From: an uncultured Iamiaceae bacterium | GTDB lineage: Bacteria; Actinomycetota; Acidimicrobiia; Acidimicrobiales; DATDAH01 | DNA: 34,967 bases | Direction of reading: 5' to 3' | Assembly (NCBI GenBank): GCA_964438115.1 | Contig: CAYTJS010000002.1 | Span: forward strand, 1 to 34,967 | Shown: positions 1 to 8,134 of the stretch, piece by piece | Numbering within the stretch: the first letter of the stretch is position 1 | How the letters are laid out: every line of letters begins with the position of its first letter | Position numbers and translations under genes: made by a program | The notes under the pieces: model-generated | Databases searched by the model: none | What the model was told of the DNA's origin: nothing | The model's input: only the letters and a program-made list of their open reading frames with translations

Positions 1-76
1 GGACGCAGCGTGACCGCCGTCAAGTCGTCGCTGCGCTTCTAGGATCGTGCGTAGGACGGGCAATCAGGAGAGCGCC

Positions 77-895
77 ATGGTGAACATCGGTCAGCGGTTG
101 CCAACGGTGTTCATCCCGCACGGCGGAGGCCCGTGCTTCTTCATGGACTGGACGATGGGCCCGGCCGACACCTGGGATGACCTGGCCGACTTCCTGCGCA
201 CGTTCGACGTGGTGATGGGAACGCGACCGAAAGCCATCGTGGTGGTGTCGGGACATCACGAGTCGGCGGTCGTCGAGATCACGTCGTCGCCGGCGCCGCC
301 GATGCTCTACGACTACTACGGGTTCCCGCCCGACACCTACCGGCTCAGCTACCCGGCGCCGGGGTCGCCGGTGCTGGCGGAGGTGATCGGCCAGCTCCTC
401 GCCGCGGCCCGCATCCCGTGGCGCCTCGACCCCGAACGCGGCTTCGATCACGGCGTGTTCGTGCCGATGCTGCTGATGTACCCGAACGCAGAGATCCCGG
501 TGGTGCAGGTGTCACTGCGTTCCGACCTCGACGCCGAGTTCCACCTCGCTCTCGGCGAAGCGATCGCGCCGCTCCGCGACCAGGGTGTGTTGATCGTCGG
601 CAGCGGAATGAGCTACCACAACATGGGACGCTTCGGCAGCCCTGAAGCGCACGCCGACTCGATCGCCTTCGATGATTGGCTGACCTCAGCCTGCACCGCC
701 GAACCGGCGCGTCGGCGTGCTGCCTTGGCCCGCTGGATGGACGCGCCCGCCGCCCGGGCGGCGCACCCCCGTGAGGAGCACCTGCTGCCGCTCATGGTCG
801 CCGCCGGCGCCTCCGGTGAGCGCGGCACGCGACTGTTCACCGACGAGGTGCTCGGCGCCCGCATCTCGGCCTACCAGTTCGGTCCCGGTGGCTGA
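77..895 (+). CDS. Class III extradiol ring-cleavage dioxygenase, LigB/YgiD (4,5-DOPA-dioxygenase-like) family
   Basis: ORF track 47..895. The internal ATG at 77 lies 6 nt after AGGAG (66-70). The N-terminal PTVFIPHGGGP and VVSGHH patterns and the ~272 aa size fit LigB-type subunit B enzymes. GC3 is high. Confidence 0.72.
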   Translation: MVNIGQRLPTVFIPHGGGPCFFMDWTMGPADTWDDLADFLRTFDVVMGTRPKAIVVVSGHHESAVVEITSSPAPPMLYDYYGFPPDTYRLSYPAPGSPVLAEVIGQLLAAARIPWRLDPERGFDHGVFVPMLLMYPNAEIPVVQVSLRSDLDAEFHLALGEAIAPLRDQGVLIVGSGMSYHNMGRFGSPEAHADSIAFDDWLTSACTAEPARRRAALARWMDAPAARAAHPREEHLLPLMVAAGASGERGTRLFTDEVLGARISAYQFGPGG

Positions 896-1520
896 GCTCG
901 CCTTCCGTCTCGACGGGCATCCCGCCGCCGAACGGCTCCTCGTCATGCTCCACGGCTACGGGGCGACGCAGCACGACCTGGCGGCGGCCGCCTCGACGGT
1001 CGACCCTGACGGCCGGTGGTTGGTGCTGTGCCCACGCGGCCCGATCGCTCTGGATGGCGCTGGCGCCAGCTGGTACGAGTTCGACGAGTCATGGCGAGCC
1101 GACCCGGCCTCGTTCGCCGATTCGTTGGCCGCGCTCGACGCCCTCGTGGGCGACATCTGCACCAGGTTCGGGATCAGCCGTCACCACAGCGTGGTCGGCG
1201 GGTTCTCCCAAGGCGCCGGCCTGGCGGCTTGGCTCGCCTACGCCACGTCCGAGAGCTCGCGACCCGCAGGGCTGTGGTGCTGCGGCACCATCGTCGAGGT
1301 CGATGACCGCCCTCTGGACCTCGCCGCCGCGCGGGGCACCCAGGTGCTCGTGCTCGCCGGGCGGAGCGACCCGAACGTCCCGCTGCGACGGAACCTTCAC
1401 CAGGCCCAACAACTGCGCGCCGCGGGCGCCGAGGTCACCCTCAGCGAACACGACGGCGGCCACGCGCTGAGCGCCCCGATGCTCGACGACTTCGCCGCCT
1501 GGCTCCGGGCGTTCACCTGA
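888..1520 (+). CDS. Phospholipase/carboxylesterase-family alpha/beta hydrolase
   Basis: Lies within ORF 717..1520. The GTG at 888 overlaps the upstream stop (893-895). Motifs: LVMLHGYG oxyanion region, GFSQGA nucleophile elbow (GxSxG), C-terminal DGGH. About 210 aa. Confidence 0.68.
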   Translation: MAELAFRLDGHPAAERLLVMLHGYGATQHDLAAAASTVDPDGRWLVLCPRGPIALDGAGASWYEFDESWRADPASFADSLAALDALVGDICTRFGISRHHSVVGGFSQGAGLAAWLAYATSESSRPAGLWCCGTIVEVDDRPLDLAAARGTQVLVLAGRSDPNVPLRRNLHQAQQLRAAGAEVTLSEHDGGHALSAPMLDDFAAWLRAFT

Positions 1521-1535
1521 GCGCCTCATCGGCGC
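1521..1535 (+). terminator. Short GC hairpin immediately after stop codon (GCGCC-tcatc-GGCGC)
   Basis: Perfect 5-bp inverted repeat with a 5-nt loop, read directly. There is no U-tract, so its function as a terminator is uncertain. Confidence 0.15.
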
Positions 1536-1570
1536 GACCCGGTGGCCGTTCCTGCGACTTGCCAGTGGCG

Positions 1571-1593
1571 TCGGGCACTCGGGCACTCGGGCG
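1571..1593. repeat. Tandem 8-bp repeat TCGGGCAC x ~2.8
   Basis: tcgggcac tcgggcac tcgggcg, read directly in the convergent intergenic gap between the esterase and P450-1. Confidence 0.7.
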
Positions 1594-1622
1594 CGGAGCG
1601 CCGGGGAGCTCGGTGGCGTCGG

Positions 1623-2873
1623 TCAGAAGGTGATGGGCACCGAGCGTGGACCCCGCACCTGGCCTCCGGTCCAGGTGACGGCATCGGGATCGGCCAACTC
1701 GAAGGTCGGGACCCGCTCGAGGAACGTCTCGACCGCAACCCTGATCTCCATGCGGGCCAGGTTGGAGCCGAGGCAACGGTGGATGCCCGAGCCGAAGGCG
1801 AAGTGCCGGTTCCGCTCCCGGTCGATCACGAACCGGTCGGCGTCCTCGAACATCTCGGGGTCGTGGTTGCCGGCCGGAAACGCCATGAGGATCTTGTCGC
1901 CCTCGCGCATCGGACAACCGTTGAAATCGGTGTCGGTGGTGACGTAGCGAGCCATCGTCACCGGGCTGTAGAAGCGGAGGAACTCCTCCACCGCGACCGG
2001 CATGAGCTCGGGTTCGTCGCGCAACCGCTGCTGGTCGTGGGGGTTCGTGGCGAGGTGCAGCAGCGCCGAGCCGATGTTGCTCCAGGTCGTGTCGATGCCG
2101 GCGACGAGCAACAGGAAGCAGGTGCCCAGAAGGTGCTGGTCCGAGATCGGCTCTTCGGTCTCGGCCTCGATCAGCAGGGTGATGATGTCGTCCGGGCGGG
2201 TTCCGGGTTCCATGGCGCGCCGTTCGGCGACGGCGTCGACGAAGTACATGGTCATCTCGCCGATGGCGTCCATGGCGCCGGCGATGTTCTGGAAACCGTC
2301 CTGCAGGGTGCGCACCACCCACCCGGTGAACTGGTCCTCGTCATCGACCGGTACGCCGAGCATCTGCGCGATGACGCGCACCGGGATGTGACGGGCGTAG
2401 TCCGCGGCAGCGTCGCCGTGGCCGTCGACGAAGTGCTCGTCGATGAGGCGGTGGGCCAACGCTCTCGTGATCGGCGTCATGTCGTCGATCGCCGTCGGCC
2501 CGAACGCCGGCAGCAGGAGGCGACGGGCCCAGGTGTGCTCCGGCGGATCCGAGCTGATGGGCGGCACGGGCAGGAGGTCGTTGATGGGCTGGTCGAAAGG
2601 CGACACCACGACGATGTCCCGCGAGGAGAATCGGTCCGGATCATGGGCGATCTCCGAGATGTCGGCGTAGCGGACCGGGAGCCAGGTGCGCTGCCGACGC
2701 TCGGTGAACGCGATCGGGCATTCGGCCCGCTGCTCGGCCCACCGCCGCTCGGGGCGGACCACGTAGTCCTTGTCCATCAGGTCGAAGTCCGTGGCCCAGT
2801 CGGTCACCGGCCCGTAGTCCTCCCGGACATCGGTGCGGAGTTGCAGGCCCAGATCCGGTGTCGAGTCGGTCAT
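1623..2873 (-). CDS. Cytochrome P450 monooxygenase (paralog 1)
   Basis: ORF 1623..2873, 416 aa. Motifs: heme-thiolate loop FGSGIHRCLG, I-helix LLLVAGIDTTW, ExxR (EEFLR). An AGGGGGA Shine-Dalgarno (SD) sequence lies upstream of the ATG at 2873. Confidence 0.93.
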   Translation of the reverse strand: MTDSTPDLGLQLRTDVREDYGPVTDWATDFDLMDKDYVVRPERRWAEQRAECPIAFTERRQRTWLPVRYADISEIAHDPDRFSSRDIVVVSPFDQPINDLLPVPPISSDPPEHTWARRLLLPAFGPTAIDDMTPITRALAHRLIDEHFVDGHGDAAADYARHIPVRVIAQMLGVPVDDEDQFTGWVVRTLQDGFQNIAGAMDAIGEMTMYFVDAVAERRAMEPGTRPDDIITLLIEAETEEPISDQHLLGTCFLLLVAGIDTTWSNIGSALLHLATNPHDQQRLRDEPELMPVAVEEFLRFYSPVTMARYVTTDTDFNGCPMREGDKILMAFPAGNHDPEMFEDADRFVIDRERNRHFAFGSGIHRCLGSNLARMEIRVAVETFLERVPTFELADPDAVTWTGGQVRGPRSVPITF

Positions 2874-3047
2874 CGTCCATCCCCCTGCTGCGTGTCGTGT
2901 TGAGACATCTTACGCGGACCATCTCTCGGACTGCCGGTGCGCGCGGCGCAGGGGCGAGCGGGACAACACATGAACCGGCCGACGATCAATGTCACAAGTC
3001 CGGTCCGACCCGTCCTAGGGTTCCAGGATCGAGGCGAGAGGAGCGCG

Positions 3048-4211
3048 ATGGACTTCGACCTGCCGGACGCCGACCACCCGTACCGCAGCGCGATCACCGA
3101 CTGGCTCGACGCGCACCCGCAGCCCTCGGGTCGGGAGTTGGCCGAAGCGGGCCTCGTCGCCCCGCACTGGCCCACACCCTGGGGCCTGGATGCGGACCCG
3201 GTCCAACAGCTGGTCATCGATGACGAGATGAAACGGGCCGGGATCCGCCGCCCGATGAACCCGATCGGGATCGGTTGGGCCGGTCCCACGATCGTGCACG
3301 CCGGCACCCAGGAGCAGAAGGACCGGTACCTCGTGCCGCTGCTCGCGGGCGAGGAGGTGTGGTGCCAGCTGTTCTCGGAGCCGGGAGCCGGGTCCGACCT
3401 GGCCAACCTCGGCACGAGCGCCGTCCGCGACGGCGACGAGTACGTGGTGACCGGCCAGAAGATCTGGACGTCGCTCGCCCAGTTCTCCACGTACGGCATC
3501 CTCATCGCCCGAACCGATCCCGACCAGCCCAAGCACAAGGGTGTGTCGTACTTCATCTGCCCCATGGACGCCCCCGGCATCGAGGTCCGCCCGATCATCG
3601 ATATGACGGGTGGTCACACGTTCAACGAGGTCTTCTTCACCGATGTGCGGATCCCGGCCGAGAACCTCGTCGGCGAGGAGAACCACGGCTGGTCGCTGGC
3701 CAAGGTGACCCTCGGCAACGAGCGTGTCTCGCTGTCGTCCGGTGGGGCGCTCTGGGGCATGGGGCCCGTCGCCGGCGACCTGCTCGACGTCGTGCGGGAC
3801 CGTGGCGGGACCCACGATCCCCTGCTGCGCCAGCGGCTGGCGCAGTTGCACGTCGAGTCGGAACTCCTGCGGCTGATCCGGCTCCGAACCGTGACCGCCG
3901 CGATCAGGGGGGAGCCGCCAGGGCCGGAGGCGTCGATCCGCAAGGTCTTGGCCGACGAGCACGGCCAGCACATCATGGAGCTGGCCAAGGACCTCGCCGG
4001 GACCGCGGGCGTGCTCGCCGACGTCGGCCCCTTCGGCGGCGATCCGGGGCTGTGGGCCCACGGGTTCCTGTTCGCTCCCGCCCTCACGGTCGGCGGAGGC
4101 ACCGGCATGGTGCAACGCAACATCATCGGCGAGCGGGTGCTGGGCCTTCCACACGATGTCGACGTCGAGCAGGGTCGCTCCTGGGCCCAGACCAGGCGGA
4201 GCGGGGGGTGA
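3048..4211 (+). CDS. Acyl-CoA dehydrogenase (ACAD paralog 1)
   Basis: Lies within ORF 2937..4211. The ATG at 3048 is preceded by GAGAGGAG (3036-3043). Motifs: CQLFSEPGAGSDLA, GQKIWTS, C-terminal QRNIIGERVLGLP. 387 aa. Confidence 0.9.
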   Translation: MDFDLPDADHPYRSAITDWLDAHPQPSGRELAEAGLVAPHWPTPWGLDADPVQQLVIDDEMKRAGIRRPMNPIGIGWAGPTIVHAGTQEQKDRYLVPLLAGEEVWCQLFSEPGAGSDLANLGTSAVRDGDEYVVTGQKIWTSLAQFSTYGILIARTDPDQPKHKGVSYFICPMDAPGIEVRPIIDMTGGHTFNEVFFTDVRIPAENLVGEENHGWSLAKVTLGNERVSLSSGGALWGMGPVAGDLLDVVRDRGGTHDPLLRQRLAQLHVESELLRLIRLRTVTAAIRGEPPGPEASIRKVLADEHGQHIMELAKDLAGTAGVLADVGPFGGDPGLWAHGFLFAPALTVGGGTGMVQRNIIGERVLGLPHDVDVEQGRSWAQTRRSGG

Positions 4212-5830
4212 GCGAGCCCGACCTGGACGTGGTCATCGTCGGCGCCGGCTTCGCCGGCCTGTACCAGCTGCACCACCTTCGGCGACTCGGCCTTCGGGTG
4301 AAGCTGCTCGAGGCGGGCGGCGGACTCGGCGGGATCTGGCACTGGAACTGCTACCCGGGCGCCAGGGTCGACTCCCACGTCCCGTTGTACGAGTACTCTG
4401 ACGAGGCAATCTGGCGCGATTGGTACTGGGACGAGCGCTTCCCGGACTGGCGGGCCCTTCGCCGCTACTTCGAGCACGTCGACACGGTGTGGGACCTGAG
4501 CAGGGACATCCAGTTCCGAACGCGACTGAACGGTGGCGCCTGGCACGAGGGGCGTCGGTGCTGGGAGTTGGTCACCGACGCGGGCGACGTCCTTCACACC
4601 CGATTCGTCGTCTTGTGCACGGGCTTCGCGGCCAAGGCCCACCTCCCGGACATCCCCGGCCTTTCGACGTTTGACGGACAGTGGTCCCACACCGCCCACT
4701 GGCCTCAGGAGGGCGTGGACCTCGAGGGCCGATCGGTAGCCGTGATCGGCACCGGCGCCAGTGGCGTGCAGGTGATCCAGGAGGCCGCCCGCGTGGCCGA
4801 GCACGTCACGGTGTTCCAGCGGACGCCGATCATGGCCCTGGCCATGCAGCAGCAGAGGTTGACCCACGAGCAGCAGGACGAGGCCAAGGCCGAGTACCCG
4901 GCCATCTTCGGGCGGCGCGCCCGGACCAACAGCGGCTTCGCCTACCCGGAGCGGGGGGTCGCCACCTTCGACGTGTCCGCGTCCGTGCGGCGGCAGACCT
5001 ACGAACGGCTCTGGCAGGAGGGCGGCTTCGCGTTCTGGGCCGGCGGCTTCTCGGACCTGCTCGTGAACGAGGAGGCCAACCGAACCGCGTACGACTTCTG
5101 GCGATCCAAGGTCCGGGAGCGGGTTCGCGACCCCGAGGTCGCCGACGTCCTCGCGCCCGTCGAGCCGCCGCACCCCTTCGGGGTGAAGCGTCCGTCGCTC
5201 GAGCAGTGGTACTACGACGCGTTCAACCAGGACAACGTCGACCTGGTCGACCTGCGCACGACGCCCATCGAGGCGATCACGCCGCACGGGGTCCGGACCA
5301 GCGGCGGCGAGCACCCGTGCGACCTCCTGGTGCTGGCCACCGGCTTCGACGCGGTGACGGGCGGGCTCGTGAGCATCGACCTGCGGGGCACCGGCGCCCG
5401 GACGCTGGCCGAGCACTGGGCCGACGGGGTGAGGACGCACCTCGGCCTGGCGAGCCACGGCTTCCCGAACCTCATGTTCCTGTACGGGCCCCAGAGCCCA
5501 TCGGGGTTCTGCAACGGTCCGACCTGCGCCGAGGTCCAGGGATCGTGGGTGGTCGATCTGCTCACCCACCTGCGGGACACCGGGACGACCCGTATCGAGG
5601 CCACCCCCGACGCCGAGGAGCAGTGGCGGAGCATGGTTCACGGCATCGCCGACATGACCCTCTTCCCCCGAGCCGACTCGTGGTACATGGGCGCCAACAT
5701 CCCGGGCAAGCGGCGCGAGATGCTGAACTGGCCGGGCGGCCTGCAGCTCTACCTGAGCTCGTGCCGGGAGGTGGCCGACGCGGGCTATCGGGGCTTCGCG
5801 CTCGGCCCGGCGAGCGACGGACGCCGGTAG
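4208..5830 (+). CDS. Type I Baeyer-Villiger (flavin, NADPH) monooxygenase
   Basis: Lies within ORF 3275..5830. The GTG at 4208 overlaps the ACAD stop (GTGA). Motifs: FAD Rossmann VIVGAGFAG, BVMO fingerprint FDGQWSHTAHWP (FxGxxxHxxxWP), second Rossmann VIGTGASG. 540 aa. Confidence 0.9.
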   Translation: MSEPDLDVVIVGAGFAGLYQLHHLRRLGLRVKLLEAGGGLGGIWHWNCYPGARVDSHVPLYEYSDEAIWRDWYWDERFPDWRALRRYFEHVDTVWDLSRDIQFRTRLNGGAWHEGRRCWELVTDAGDVLHTRFVVLCTGFAAKAHLPDIPGLSTFDGQWSHTAHWPQEGVDLEGRSVAVIGTGASGVQVIQEAARVAEHVTVFQRTPIMALAMQQQRLTHEQQDEAKAEYPAIFGRRARTNSGFAYPERGVATFDVSASVRRQTYERLWQEGGFAFWAGGFSDLLVNEEANRTAYDFWRSKVRERVRDPEVADVLAPVEPPHPFGVKRPSLEQWYYDAFNQDNVDLVDLRTTPIEAITPHGVRTSGGEHPCDLLVLATGFDAVTGGLVSIDLRGTGARTLAEHWADGVRTHLGLASHGFPNLMFLYGPQSPSGFCNGPTCAEVQGSWVVDLLTHLRDTGTTRIEATPDAEEQWRSMVHGIADMTLFPRADSWYMGANIPGKRREMLNWPGGLQLYLSSCREVADAGYRGFALGPASDGRR

Positions 5831-5868
5831 TCGCTCCCCCGGCTGATCCCACCGATGTGATGCTCGTG

Positions 5869-5887
5869 ACAATCTTTGTTATTGTCT
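5869..5887. promoter_or_regulatory. AT-rich inverted repeat GACAAT-N7-ATTGTC upstream of the SDR operon (candidate operator)
   Basis: Perfect 6-bp arms read directly in an unusually AT-rich patch, ~95 nt upstream of the ATG at 5982. It overlaps a TTGTCT hexamer (5883-5888) that recurs in other intergenic regions. Confidence 0.3.
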
Positions 5888-5981
5888 CACGCGGCGTTGA
5901 AGCCGTTCCATCGACCTCGAAGGTTCGCGAGGCCGTTGAGCGAGCCGAGCGCGAGCTCGTGACACGAGGAGGAACTGGGAC

Positions 5982-6881
5982 ATGACCGGGATCTGCGAGG
6001 GACGCGTCGTCATCGTGACCGGGGCGGGACGAGGCATCGGCCGATCACACGCCCTGTTGTTCGCCGCCGAAGGGGCCAAGGTCGTCGTCAACGATCTCGG
6101 CGGCGAGGTGGACGGCAGCGGCCGATCGTCCGGACCCGCCCAGGACGTCGTCGACGAGATCCAGGCGATGGGGGGCCAAGCGGTCGCCAACGCCGACAAC
6201 GTCGCCGACTGGGACGGGGCGCGGAGCCTCATCGGCACCGCGGTCGAGACCTTCGGCGGGCTCGACGTCCTCGTCAACAACGCTGGCATCCTGCGGGACC
6301 GGATGCTGGCCAACATGACCGAGGACGAGTGGGATTCGGTCATCAACGTCCACCTGAAGGGGACCTTCGCCCCGGCCCGCTGGGCCGCAGCCCACTGGCG
6401 GGACCGGGCCAAGGCCGGCGAGGAGAACGATGCCCGCATCATCAACACCAGCTCCGCGTCAGGTCTGTACGGCAACCCCGGGCAGACGAACTACGGCGCG
6501 GCGAAGGCCGGGATCGCCTCGTTCACGGTCATCGCGTCCCGTGAGCTCGACCGCTACGGCGTCACGGTCAACGCCATCGCCCCGGGTGCCAGGACTCGCA
6601 TGACGGCGCCCCTCGGTTTCGGCGGCGAGCCGGAGGCTGGCTCGTTCGACGCGTTCGCCCCGGAGAACATCTCCCCGCTGGTGGTGTGCCTCGGGAGCAG
6701 CCAGTGCCGGACCGTGACCGGGCGGGTCTTCGACGTCGCCGGCGGAAAGGTGAGCGTGGCCGAAGGCTGGAGCCACGGCCCATCGGTCGACAAGGGCGAT
6801 CGCTGGGAGCCGGCCGAGCTCCTCCAGGTGGTTCCCGATCTCGTGGCCAAAGCGGCCCCGCCGGCCTCGATCTTCGACTGA
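5982..6881 (+). CDS. MFE-2/HSD17B4-type short-chain dehydrogenase, probable (3R)-hydroxyacyl-CoA dehydrogenase
   Basis: ORF 5982..6881. GAGGAGGA lies 9 nt upstream. Motifs: TGAGRGIG, VVVNDLGG...DGSG...VVDEI..GG.AVAN, NNAGILRD, SSASG, YGAAK. This is near-colinear with my recollection of the N-terminal dehydrogenase domain of peroxisomal MFE-2. Confidence 0.85.
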   Translation: MTGICEGRVVIVTGAGRGIGRSHALLFAAEGAKVVVNDLGGEVDGSGRSSGPAQDVVDEIQAMGGQAVANADNVADWDGARSLIGTAVETFGGLDVLVNNAGILRDRMLANMTEDEWDSVINVHLKGTFAPARWAAAHWRDRAKAGEENDARIINTSSASGLYGNPGQTNYGAAKAGIASFTVIASRELDRYGVTVNAIAPGARTRMTAPLGFGGEPEAGSFDAFAPENISPLVVCLGSSQCRTVTGRVFDVAGGKVSVAEGWSHGPSVDKGDRWEPAELLQVVPDLVAKAAPPASIFD

Positions 6882-6914
6882 GGAGCTCCGAAGCCGATTC
6901 GGCGCCGGAGGCCC

Positions 6915-8003
6915 ATGGACGCGACCGCGCTGGTGCTGGAGGGTCCCCGAGCACTCCGGGAGCGGGTCATTCCGCTTCCGGTGATCGGCGACGACGACGC
7001 GCTGCTGCGAGTCGAGGCGTGCGGCCTGTGCGGTACCGACCACGAGCAGTACAGCGGTCAACTCCATCCCGGCTACCCGTTCATCCCCGGCCATGAGGCC
7101 GTTGGCGTCATCGAGCGCATCGGGTCGGCGGCCGCTGAGCGCTGGGGCGTCGTGCCGGGCCAACGTGTGGCGGTCGAGGTGTTCCGGTCCTGTCGGGCGT
7201 GCGCTGCGTGCCGGGCGGGCCGGTACCGGCGATGCGAGCGCAACGGGCTGGCCACCATGTACGGCTTCGTCTCGGTCGAGACCGGCCCGGGCCTGTGGGG
7301 CGGCTACGCGACCCATCAGTACCTGGCCCCGGATTCGATGGTCCTGCCCGTGCCCGAGACCCTCACCCCAGCAGTGGCGACGCTCTTCAACCCCCTGGGG
7401 GCCGGCATCCGTTGGGGCGCCACCGTTCCTGCCACGGGGCCGGGCGACGCGGTCGCCGTCCTCGGCTGCGGCGTGCGAGGGCTGTCGGCCGCCGCGGCCG
7501 CCAAGGAGGCCGGTGCCGACTTCGTGATGGTCACCGGCGCCGGTGACCGCGACCGGCCCCGTCTCGAGGCAGCACCGGCCTTCGGCGCGGACCTGGTCGT
7601 CGACGTCACCGCTGTGGACCCGATCGAGGCGTTCCGCGGCGCCACCGGACGTCCGGGCGCCGAGGTCGTGGTCGATGTCACCGCCAAGGCTCCAGCGGTG
7701 GTGGCCCAGGCCGTGCAGTTGGCCGCCCCCGGCGGACGCGTCGTCATCGCCGGCACTCGGGGAGGCGGCGGCGCACCGGGCTTCGAGCCCGACCTGGTCG
7801 TGTACAAGGAGCTGCGCATCGAGGGAGCCCTCGGCGTGGACGTGGTGGCGTACCGGGCCGCGCTCGACCTGCTCGCCTCCGGCCGCTACCCGTTCGCCGA
7901 GCTCGACCGGCTCACGGTGGGCCTCGATGGCGTCGAGGGCCTGCTTCGCACCATGGCCGGGGAGGGGGACACACCACCCATCCACGGCGTCGTAGCCCCC
8001 TGA
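6915..8003 (+). CDS. Zinc-dependent alcohol dehydrogenase (MDR family)
   Basis: ORF 6915..8003. Motifs: catalytic Zn CGLCGTDHE and GHEAVG, structural Zn cluster CRACAACRAGRYRRC, NAD(P) Rossmann VLGCGVRG. Confidence 0.88.
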   Translation: MDATALVLEGPRALRERVIPLPVIGDDDALLRVEACGLCGTDHEQYSGQLHPGYPFIPGHEAVGVIERIGSAAAERWGVVPGQRVAVEVFRSCRACAACRAGRYRRCERNGLATMYGFVSVETGPGLWGGYATHQYLAPDSMVLPVPETLTPAVATLFNPLGAGIRWGATVPATGPGDAVAVLGCGVRGLSAAAAAKEAGADFVMVTGAGDRDRPRLEAAPAFGADLVVDVTAVDPIEAFRGATGRPGAEVVVDVTAKAPAVVAQAVQLAAPGGRVVIAGTRGGGGAPGFEPDLVVYKELRIEGALGVDVVAYRAALDLLASGRYPFAELDRLTVGLDGVEGLLRTMAGEGDTPPIHGVVAP

Positions 8004-8134
8004 CCCGTCGTGGGGACCCCGTGGCCTCGGGGGAGCTCGAGCAGCCGAGCTATGGCGTCCGAGACGATATGTGTGTTATGTTTCGTCGACTCGGGAGTCC
8101 GACTGCCCACGCCCGAACGAGAGGACGCCAGACC

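Noticed and set aside
1-42. Possible 3' end of an upstream plus-strand gene (...GRSVTAVKSSLRF, stop at 40-42).
   Set aside because: Only 13 codons are visible, which is not enough to support a call.
2968-2982. 9-mer CATGAACCG shared between the P450-1/ACAD-1 region and the P450-2 leader (27542-27550), and AACACATGA shared with 12041-12049.
   Set aside because: The matches are short, and their orientation relative to the paralogous genes is inconsistent: one points to the ACAD, the other to the P450. This is within chance expectation for AT-richer intergenic DNA.
3275-4207. Upstream in-frame extensions of real genes in the ORF track: 3275-4207 for the BVMO, 17855-19024 for Ltp-2, 20190-20738 for the permease, 16989-17306 for FadD-2, 27260-27598 for P450-2, 30268-30585 for MaoC, and 717-887 for the esterase.
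   Set aside because: The extensions overlap well-supported genes in other frames or intergenic DNA, and they translate to Arg/Pro-rich nonsense. Internal starts with SD sequences or stop-start overlaps give normal family lengths.
3614-5872. Very long antisense ORFs: 752 aa opposite the BVMO. Similar ORFs lie at 9307-11280 opposite FadD-1, 6459-7985 opposite the ADH, 16968-18173 opposite FadD-2, and 31119-32744 opposite the TLP1-like gene.
   Set aside because: These are typical high-GC shadow ORFs. The translations are Arg/Pro/Gly/Ala-rich and low in complexity, with no recognisable motifs. The opposite strand in each case carries clear family motifs and the GC3 bias.
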